Assembly: GCA_965234725.1 (NCBI GenBank)
Contig: CBDDUX010000027.1
Location: 9,772-73,771, forward strand
DNA: 64,000 nucleotides
Direction of reading: 5' to 3'
Origin: Thermoplasmatota archaeon
GTDB taxonomy: Archaea; Thermoplasmatota; Penumbrarchaeia; Penumbrarchaeales; Penumbrarchaeaceae
The notes below the pieces were generated by a model. It ran no database searches, was not told where the DNA came from, and saw only the letters and a program-made list of their open reading frames with translations. Shown here piece by piece: positions 51,852 to 59,362 of this stretch. The translations under genes and the position numbers were made by a program. Numbering within the stretch: the stretch's first letter is position 1; each line of letters begins with the position of its first letter.

Positions 51852-52040
51852 ATGAAAACTATTATTCAATCAGTAATTCATGGGAAAGTCCGCTAAATGA
51901 AATATTTCATCGACGGTTTAATTTAGCTGGACCTTGAAATTACGCTGTATTTTGATATTGACGTGAGTAATTTACAAGTGGAATCATTGTTCCATGAAAA
52001 CTATTATTCAATCAGTAATTCATGGGAAAGTCCGCTAAAT
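51848..52040. repeat. 51-bp perfect direct repeat (two copies, 51848-51898 and 51990-52040) separated by 91 bp
   Basis: TTCCATGAAAACTATTATTCAATCAGTAATTCATGGGAAAGTCCGCTAAAT is identical in both copies; a degenerate third GAAAGTCCG-containing copy lies at 51060-51090. Confidence 0.85.
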
Positions 52041-52145
52041 CCAATCTCACCATGACCATGGATCCCATTATTGCCCTATTGCAGGTTCTGTATACTGTGG
52101 AGAGTCTTTTTATATGTCCACTTGGTTGACCGGCCAGGTGCCAAG

Positions 52146-53309
52146 ATGTTCTCCAAGCGGATCCGCAACGTCCAGCCCTCAGGTACCGTGATGCTCTCGA
52201 ACAAGGTCAAGCGATTGAAGGATCAGGGCCTCGATATTCTTTCTTTCACCCTCGGAGAACCTGATTTTACAACGCCTCCCAACATCATTGAAGCGGCAAA
52301 GAAAGCGCTGGACGATGGATTGACCCATTACACATCCTCCTTCGGGATATCGGAACTCAGGGAGGAGGTAGCAAGATCGGTCAAGGAAAAGAATGGTATT
52401 GATTGTGATTCGGATAATGTTATAATCCTTCCAACCAAGCTAGCCCTGTATATCGCCATCCAGACATTTGTCAATCCTGGAGAACAGGTGATCTACCCCA
52501 ATCCGGGATGGGTATCATACGGCCCGATGATAACGCTTGCAAAAGGAACCCCTGTACCTGTCAGGATGCAGTATGACAATGGGTGGTACTGGGACCCAAA
52601 CGATATCAAAAGCCACATCACAGAGAAGACAAAGGCCATAATAATGAACACCCCCTCCAATCCCACAGGCTCCCTCGTATCCAGAGATATACAGAAGGAG
52701 CTCCTGGAGATCGCAGAGGAAAAGGATATTCTGATAATCTCGGATGAGGTATACGAGAATCTTGTCTATGAAGATGAACACCACTCGATTGCATCCCTCC
52801 CAAACGCAATGGATAGGATCGTTACAGTCTCCGGATTCTCCAAGAGCTATGCAATGACAGGATGGAGAATAGGCTGGTTAGTAGCTACGAAAGAGACGGT
52901 AAAGATGGTCAACAAATTCCAACAGCATTCATTGACCTGCCTCCCTCAATTCATTCAGATGGGAGCCCTGGCCGCTCTCAAGAACGGTGGTCAATGTGTG
53001 GAGGAGATGCGGCAGGAATTCAAATGCAGAAGGGACCTGTTGATACCGTTGTTGAACGAAATAGACGGAATTTCGTGCGAGGTACCAAAAGGAGCCTTTT
53101 ATGCATTCTTCAAGATGGACGTTGGATTCAAATCTATGGACCTTGCTGAAATGCTATTATACAAAGCCCATGTGGCCCTTACCCCTGGTTCAGCTTTCGG
53201 ATCTGCTGGTGACGGCTTCCTCAGGATGTCCTATGCGGCATCCAGAGAAGACCTGATAGAAGGGGCAAAGAGGATCGGTGAGTTCACAAGGTCCCTCAGT
53301 AAAAAATAG
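52146..53309 (+). CDS. aspC: Pyridoxal-phosphate-dependent aminotransferase class I (aspartate aminotransferase-like)
   Basis: Start at Met 52146 (MFSKRIRNVQPSGT); N-P-x-NPTG motif (NTPSNPTGS) and PLP-lysine region SGFSKSYAMTGWRIGW. Confidence 0.8.
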   Translation: MFSKRIRNVQPSGTVMLSNKVKRLKDQGLDILSFTLGEPDFTTPPNIIEAAKKALDDGLTHYTSSFGISELREEVARSVKEKNGIDCDSDNVIILPTKLALYIAIQTFVNPGEQVIYPNPGWVSYGPMITLAKGTPVPVRMQYDNGWYWDPNDIKSHITEKTKAIIMNTPSNPTGSLVSRDIQKELLEIAEEKDILIISDEVYENLVYEDEHHSIASLPNAMDRIVTVSGFSKSYAMTGWRIGWLVATKETVKMVNKFQQHSLTCLPQFIQMGALAALKNGGQCVEEMRQEFKCRRDLLIPLLNEIDGISCEVPKGAFYAFFKMDVGFKSMDLAEMLLYKAHVALTPGSAFGSAGDGFLRMSYAASREDLIEGAKRIGEFTRSLSKK

Positions 53310-53313
53310 ATGT

Positions 53314-56300
53314 TCATTTCTCAATTTCTTCAGCTGTCAGGACTATCCTTCGATCTGACATGTTTTGACCATCATCCATGTTCCATTGGAGCCCTCTCAA
53401 ATCGTTATTTGCATCATTGATACGGGGTCCTCTTCTTCTAATAAGTAGAATAATGATCGCAATGGCCACTATGATCCCTGTTATGGTGACGGTGATCATC
53501 CAGATATATGGCGGACCGTTTACCCTAACCACTGAAGACCTGCTGGCTAGGTTTCCCGCACCGTCCATGACCTCAACGGTTATCGTATGGATTCCAGGTT
53601 GGAGATCTGCTGTGAAAAGAGGATCCTCCGACCAGTCCCTTAAAACCTCACCATCAACAAGAAATCTGTAATAGAGGGCCGAACCATCCTTTGATGATGA
53701 TGAATCCATGGTAATGGTCCCACTGTCCGTCAGGGACCAGGAAAGCCCTGGCTTCGGGTCAACACGGTCGATCATGATAATTGCAGTTCTCTCATCCTCC
53801 TCATTTCCTGCTTCGTCAATACTTTGATAAAAAAGCTCCAAGATCCCCTCTTCGATCGAGGGATAGAAAAGACCGGTGTATTCTATGCGATCTTTATCAT
53901 CGTCAGACCATCTGAAGTATGTTCTTGCACGTTCTCCACCTTCAAGTGAGATCGAGGGCATGGAGGTGTACCAATCCCCTTCCCTGGCCCCTGCTATCGT
54001 GAGGATGGTTTCAGGAACGGTCGTATCCACTTTCAAATTGAGGACTATTGTGTCACTTTCAAGACCGGCCAGGTCCGTTGCCTTTGCCTCGATCTGATGC
54101 TCTCCTTCGGCTACTTCCATTGACCCTTTCCATTCATCCCATCCTTCTCCATCGATGTTTGCAAGGATAGTGGCACTGCTTTGGTCGGTCCATTGGAAGG
54201 AGAGTTCCGGAACGGTCACATACCATTCATTCGAACCATCTGGTAGAGGGGGGTTCAACCTGTAGGATATTGAAGGACGGCGTGTATCGATCCTCAATTG
54301 TACCTTCTTTGTAGCTTCCATATTTCCTGATCGGTCCGTGGACCGATACTCCAACCAGTATTCGCCATCATCAAGAAAGAGCTCTCCCTGGGCCTCAGAA
54401 AAAACATCTCTGGGGGGTGTCCGGTACTCGATCAGCGAACCCGGCTCCGAAGAGAAGAATACAGCTTTGGGAGTGGTCACATACCATCCGTCTGCACCAT
54501 CGGGTTCTGGAGGGTCAAGATCAAGCTGTGTCGAGGGAGAGGATATATCGACTTTGAAATTTAGATCCGATGTATTTGAAGACCTTCCGGATAGGTCCTT
54601 GACCCATATCGAGATCGAATGCTCACCCTCAGGGACGTAGAATGGAGATGAATAGGTAGATGTCATTCCGTCCATATCATAATAGATCGTTTCCTCAGAA
54701 CCTGGATCGATATTGTCCCCTGTAACTGAGATCATCGGTTCGGTGATGTACCATCCGTTCATACCGTCCGGCTCTGGTGGATTTATATTGTATAAGAAGG
54801 TCGGATCAATTGTGTCGATCTTTATGGATATATGCCGTTCGATCTCAAGGTTGCCGGCTTCATCTTCCGAGAAGAAATGGATCTGGTTATCACCATCTTC
54901 CAACTCCGGTAGAGTGAAATTCATTTCAGGGTCCATTTCTTCCTGGGGGCCCATTCCAATCCTGAAATGGACTGTACCTTTCTCGTTGGGAACAAGTCGG
55001 ATAACAGGATTCGTTCTAAACCATCCATTCTCTCCATCGGGTTCTGGTGGATAGGTCGATAGTTCCGTGATCGGAGGTATCACATCAGAGATCCTTATGA
55101 ACCCGCTGTAGGGGACCATATCATGTCTTGTGACTGTAAGATTGATATCACAGAACCAATCCAATACCAGATCGAATACAGCCCTTCCTTCAACATCCGT
55201 TGGAGTCCTCTGGAACACTCCCCTTTCAAAGTTCTGTAACGAAACATTGGCATTCTCTATGGGAGCACCTTGTTCATCAGTGACAATGACAACAATGTGG
55301 GGGTCCAGGTCATCCTCATGTTCGACGGAACAAACAAGTTCTCCACCGGGCTCTGTCCAAAGGTCGATAGCAGGTTCACCCAATAGGGTGAACTCAAGCC
55401 AGCAGAGGGAGACCTCCGGATTGTTCTCCTTTGCAAAACTGCTTCCCCATACCTCTGCATAATGTGTCTTCGCCTGGGTATGAATATCTCCGAGCATATG
55501 ATTCCCAGAACCACCGATCTGTCGTGCAATATCCTCGATCAAACCATTGTCATAAGGCAGGTATCTATCTGCATTTATGATCCCAACGGAAACCCTGGAA
55601 GATCCCACATATCCAACTGCACCACCATTTGTATTCTCGGTGAATGCTTCTCCAAGACAGTTCTCCCAATTGTTGTAGGGGCAGCCAGAGGAATCATCGA
55701 ACCATGTTGTGAGGCATGCAAGGGCTGAAATGAAAGGGAGTTCAACAGAATTGTCCAGGGACCTGGCATCGCGGTCCCTGTATACGATCCCTGAACCATA
55801 ATCGTCACACCATTCCAGGGGACCGCCATGGTCAACGAACTGAACAAATGACGCTCCAGCACGCATGTTCTCATCCACGGCTGACCATGAAAGCGTATCC
55901 TGATCCTCATAGAGCTTGACAGTTTCTCCATAGGTCTCGGAGATATATTTATCGTTCAGATAATCAGAGAACTGACCTCCATCTCCCTCATTGTGGGTGT
56001 TCGCACCTATCAGAACGGTCCTGTCTGACCACGAAGAAATACCCGCTCCCATCTCATATTCGATTATCTGGTCCACCTTCTTTGACCAGATGTCAGGGTC
56101 GTCAATGGCCAATCGGGATAGGGCAACATCAGGAATGATATCCTCCATGTCGCCAACCTCTGCGAAGAGACCATCACCATCAAGATCCCATGTCCCATCA
56201 AGACACTGGAAGAATGAATCCGCAGGGATCCAACCATCATCCCAATCAGTGGGGTCAGAATCCATCACTCTCTTTACCGGGATCGTTGTCCAATCCCCGG

Positions 56301-57207
56301 CGAGCAGTACGTATCTCAATTTACCCCAGCCATTTTTCACATCTTTGATGTATTCTCTCAACAGGTCCGCCTCGTCTGCTGAACCACTGTAGTTGCCCAG
56401 TATCGAATCGATCTCCACAACGGATGTCGCAAGACCTTTCCTATTCCTCCAATCGGATAGTTTCCTCAGAGGTTCCACATTTGTTGTATCCGTGATTATC
56501 AGATATTCGGGTAACACATCGATCCCATCGAATACTGTCAGTGTCCCTGGCACCTGCGATGCATCTCCCAGGACCCTTGTTGATGTTGGTTCTGTCATAG
56601 AAGATGACATTTCCATCTCCAGGGTTCCTGAAGTGATAATGATCATACCCCCTTCTGGATCCAGGGAGAAAGGTGTGAACCAAAGCGAATAGACACGGAG
56701 CAATATTCCATCGGAATGTCTGTATCCGATCGGTTCAAGAAGGATACTGTCGTCTGGATAGTTCCGATCATCCTGCCATGGAACGAATGGTTCGGAACTA
56801 TCCCAATGGCCTGTTGGATTTGGAATGTTCATCAATCCGGATGGAACTGGAGTTTTCTTACTACCCGTCTCGATCAAATGAATTGATAGGATGTCTGTTT
56901 TGGAGGCGACTGTCGTTGCAAACCATGGTATCAAGGGGGAGCCCGGGGTTGGATCAACTACTTCAGTGAACATTGTTCCATCGGAAAGACCGACCGAGAT
57001 CCCACCCGGGGATCGGATCTCCAATATCCCTGGATCCAAACCTCCATCATCAGCTATGAGGAGGTTGGGATCATATGTAAATTGGATCAAAAGGTCTCCA
57101 TTGTCCCTGGACCGGTCCATTGAACCTTCAGGTCCTGGAGGTGGAACTGCCGTCAATACAATAAGAAGAACAATGGTCAGTAAGAACGATGACAGCCTTT
57201 GTGGCAT
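53314..57207 (-). CDS. Giant (1297-aa) surface protein with peptidase-C25 (gingipain-like) domain, four ~100-aa Ig-like repeats, C-terminal TM anchor
   Basis: C25-like YVLLAGDWTTIPV...DSFFQCLDGTWDLDGDGLFAEVGD...IPDVALSRL; four repeats beginning PPEPDGxNGWY; signal peptide; TM IWMITVTITGIIVAIAIIILLI. Confidence 0.6.
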   Translation of the reverse strand: MPQRLSSFLLTIVLLIVLTAVPPPGPEGSMDRSRDNGDLLIQFTYDPNLLIADDGGLDPGILEIRSPGGISVGLSDGTMFTEVVDPTPGSPLIPWFATTVASKTDILSIHLIETGSKKTPVPSGLMNIPNPTGHWDSSEPFVPWQDDRNYPDDSILLEPIGYRHSDGILLRVYSLWFTPFSLDPEGGMIIITSGTLEMEMSSSMTEPTSTRVLGDASQVPGTLTVFDGIDVLPEYLIITDTTNVEPLRKLSDWRNRKGLATSVVEIDSILGNYSGSADEADLLREYIKDVKNGWGKLRYVLLAGDWTTIPVKRVMDSDPTDWDDGWIPADSFFQCLDGTWDLDGDGLFAEVGDMEDIIPDVALSRLAIDDPDIWSKKVDQIIEYEMGAGISSWSDRTVLIGANTHNEGDGGQFSDYLNDKYISETYGETVKLYEDQDTLSWSAVDENMRAGASFVQFVDHGGPLEWCDDYGSGIVYRDRDARSLDNSVELPFISALACLTTWFDDSSGCPYNNWENCLGEAFTENTNGGAVGYVGSSRVSVGIINADRYLPYDNGLIEDIARQIGGSGNHMLGDIHTQAKTHYAEVWGSSFAKENNPEVSLCWLEFTLLGEPAIDLWTEPGGELVCSVEHEDDLDPHIVVIVTDEQGAPIENANVSLQNFERGVFQRTPTDVEGRAVFDLVLDWFCDINLTVTRHDMVPYSGFIRISDVIPPITELSTYPPEPDGENGWFRTNPVIRLVPNEKGTVHFRIGMGPQEEMDPEMNFTLPELEDGDNQIHFFSEDEAGNLEIERHISIKIDTIDPTFLYNINPPEPDGMNGWYITEPMISVTGDNIDPGSEETIYYDMDGMTSTYSSPFYVPEGEHSISIWVKDLSGRSSNTSDLNFKVDISSPSTQLDLDPPEPDGADGWYVTTPKAVFFSSEPGSLIEYRTPPRDVFSEAQGELFLDDGEYWLEYRSTDRSGNMEATKKVQLRIDTRRPSISYRLNPPLPDGSNEWYVTVPELSFQWTDQSSATILANIDGEGWDEWKGSMEVAEGEHQIEAKATDLAGLESDTIVLNLKVDTTVPETILTIAGAREGDWYTSMPSISLEGGERARTYFRWSDDDKDRIEYTGLFYPSIEEGILELFYQSIDEAGNEEDERTAIIMIDRVDPKPGLSWSLTDSGTITMDSSSSKDGSALYYRFLVDGEVLRDWSEDPLFTADLQPGIHTITVEVMDGAGNLASRSSVVRVNGPPYIWMITVTITGIIVAIAIIILLIRRRGPRINDANNDLRGLQWNMDDGQNMSDRRIVLTAEEIEK

Positions 57208-57269
57208 CGATCGAACCTATTATTGCCAGGTTATTAAAGATTAGCGGTAATGGACGGTATTGGTAGCAG

Positions 57270-59330
57270 TCATATGTCGTATGGATCTCCACCAAAGGAT
57301 TCAGCCGGACATGGTCCCAAACATGCACCGCAGTGGTTGCATGTTGATCCATCGATCTTAATTCGTCCGTACCCATCCGATGCAATAGAACCTGTCTGGC
57401 ACCTTCCTGCACAGATCATACATCCGATACATCCTTCCGAACGCTTGAGGACTGAGAAGAGGCCATCTCTCAATCTCTCAATGCTTTTCTTGTCCGGTCC
57501 CCTGATGACCAAGGTCCCATCCGGATAAGCTTCGATACCTGCCCTCTTCATCTTCCATTCGGTTGGTCTGACTTCAAATCCCCCCGTTCCCTCGATATCA
57601 TTGACCACCCCGAGGATGTTGGACATCATTCTAAATCTGCTGTGATCGATATTCTCTGAGAGTATGCCCTCTTGAGATATTCCATCCACACATGATCCGA
57701 ATCCTTCAACCATTTCCAGAAGGGCTTCGGAACCCTTATCCACCCTCGAACCACTTTTTATCAGAATATCGGTCATACCCAGTACATCGGCCAGATGCCT
57801 CATGTGAGGTGGTGGTCTCTTGAATCTGTGGAACCCATATTCGATCCATTCCCCGGGTTTTCCATCGTTCAACCTCTTGAATTCCAGATATTCTGCAAAC
57901 CTTGAGGTATCAACCTCTGTTGAGTCGACAAGAGAGGATTCTGACAAATCGCAGGACGGACATAACCAGCATCCTATCCTCTGGAATCCTTTTGCATAAA
58001 GGGGATTGTAATCCGCTCCTTTTTCAAAGATGTATAGCCAGATATCAAGGGCTGTCCAGTCCTGAACAGGGGATGCCCCCTTCTGGAGAGGTACCCATGG
58101 ATTGGACCATACAGCTCCTTTTCTTTCCCTTGAGTCAGATTCAAACCTTCTCTGTCCTATGAATGCGAGGACCCCCTGTGGGAAATTTTCTCTTATCAGG
58201 GTGGTGGTTGGACCAAGTTTGCATGTCTTGCAGCACCACCTGAAATCCCTTCCGGGAGGTCCGAACCTTGGGAGGTTTTCATAAAAGCCCGAAACTGGGT
58301 GTCCTTCATGGAGTTCCAGCCCAAGGGTACCGATCAATCGGTGTACATGCTCCACGGTCTCAGGAAATTCGATCCCTGTATCTATGAACATGATTTGTGG
58401 TCTGATCCCTGCATCCAGAACGAGGAGAAGCGTAGCAAGGGAATCCTTTCCTCCGGAATATGAGACGGCGACAGGCAATTGGGATCGTGATGAGACCTTC
58501 TTGATGAAATTGACAGCAGTATTTACACGGGACCTTATCAGTGATGAATTAATTTCCACTGTTCTTTCCCAGATCTCCTTCCAATCACGTTCTGATCCGT
58601 TTATATCCAGATCGCTGGAGATGATCAATTCTTCCGACCATCGTATCTTGACTCCCATACCCTTTGTTCCAACCATATCAGATGAGGATTTCCTTGAATT
58701 TCCTGATCCGATGATCCTCTTCTCTGTGTCCAATACAAGGACCTCATCACCGCTTTCGATATCATTCGAACATTCAATGATCCCTGGAGAAAGGAGATTC
58801 TTCCCCTCCAGGATGAATGGGACCGCAGATGGATCACATATCACATAACCCTTGGATGGAGGGAATCCATTGTTCAGAAGTCTTTGACCGGCTTCTTTTC
58901 TGATGATAAGGGAGGACAATCTCTTAAAAGGTGAGAACTGGATCGACCCGATCACGGCTCCTTTGGAGATGACCTCCTCCAATCTGTCCGGAGCCGGACA
59001 GGGATTCAAGAGTACAGGTCCCGATCCTATTGAAAGGGCTTTTCCAGCTCCAGGTCCCCATTGTCTTTCTGCCAGCGAAAATATCTCTTCGATGTCGTGT
59101 GGAAATGCTGGTCTGACGTCTCCCGGAGGAGTATACTTCACTGCTTGGGTCCTCTTACCACAGCCGGGACATGGATCCCTGCTCATGATTGGAACGTCGC
59201 AGTCCATACACCAGTGAAGGTCCATTCTTCCATGTCTGACGATCGGCATTTCGTTCTTTCCCAAGCTGGATTCGTTTATAGCCTTTATGGTTGTGGTCCA
59301 TTTCGGTAGTCGCTCCTTTCCTGAGAACAA
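57270..59330 (-). CDS. PAPS-reductase-family PP-loop protein fused to an N-terminal Zn-ribbon, a PUA-like domain and a C-terminal 2x[4Fe-4S] ferredoxin domain
   Basis: PP-loop VAVSYSGGKDSLATLLLV (CysH/PAPS reductase family); N-terminal CMDCD...CPGCG; PUA-like GYVICDPSAVPFILEGKNLLSPGI; C-terminal CIGCMICAGRC...CNHCGACLGPCP. Confidence 0.65.
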   Translation of the reverse strand: MFSGKERLPKWTTTIKAINESSLGKNEMPIVRHGRMDLHWCMDCDVPIMSRDPCPGCGKRTQAVKYTPPGDVRPAFPHDIEEIFSLAERQWGPGAGKALSIGSGPVLLNPCPAPDRLEEVISKGAVIGSIQFSPFKRLSSLIIRKEAGQRLLNNGFPPSKGYVICDPSAVPFILEGKNLLSPGIIECSNDIESGDEVLVLDTEKRIIGSGNSRKSSSDMVGTKGMGVKIRWSEELIISSDLDINGSERDWKEIWERTVEINSSLIRSRVNTAVNFIKKVSSRSQLPVAVSYSGGKDSLATLLLVLDAGIRPQIMFIDTGIEFPETVEHVHRLIGTLGLELHEGHPVSGFYENLPRFGPPGRDFRWCCKTCKLGPTTTLIRENFPQGVLAFIGQRRFESDSRERKGAVWSNPWVPLQKGASPVQDWTALDIWLYIFEKGADYNPLYAKGFQRIGCWLCPSCDLSESSLVDSTEVDTSRFAEYLEFKRLNDGKPGEWIEYGFHRFKRPPPHMRHLADVLGMTDILIKSGSRVDKGSEALLEMVEGFGSCVDGISQEGILSENIDHSRFRMMSNILGVVNDIEGTGGFEVRPTEWKMKRAGIEAYPDGTLVIRGPDKKSIERLRDGLFSVLKRSEGCIGCMICAGRCQTGSIASDGYGRIKIDGSTCNHCGACLGPCPAESFGGDPYDI

Positions 59331-59362
59331 TACTCCATTATCGGATTCCCAAGTTCTAACCT

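Noticed and set aside
51076-52034. Three GAAAGTCCG motifs taken as RNase P RNA P4/CR-I
   Set aside because: Two of the three are simply part of the 51-bp direct repeat in AT-rich DNA. No complementary CCGGCTT-type P4 partner strand was found, so the RNase P call cannot be supported without covariance-model search. It is left as a hypothesis in the findings.
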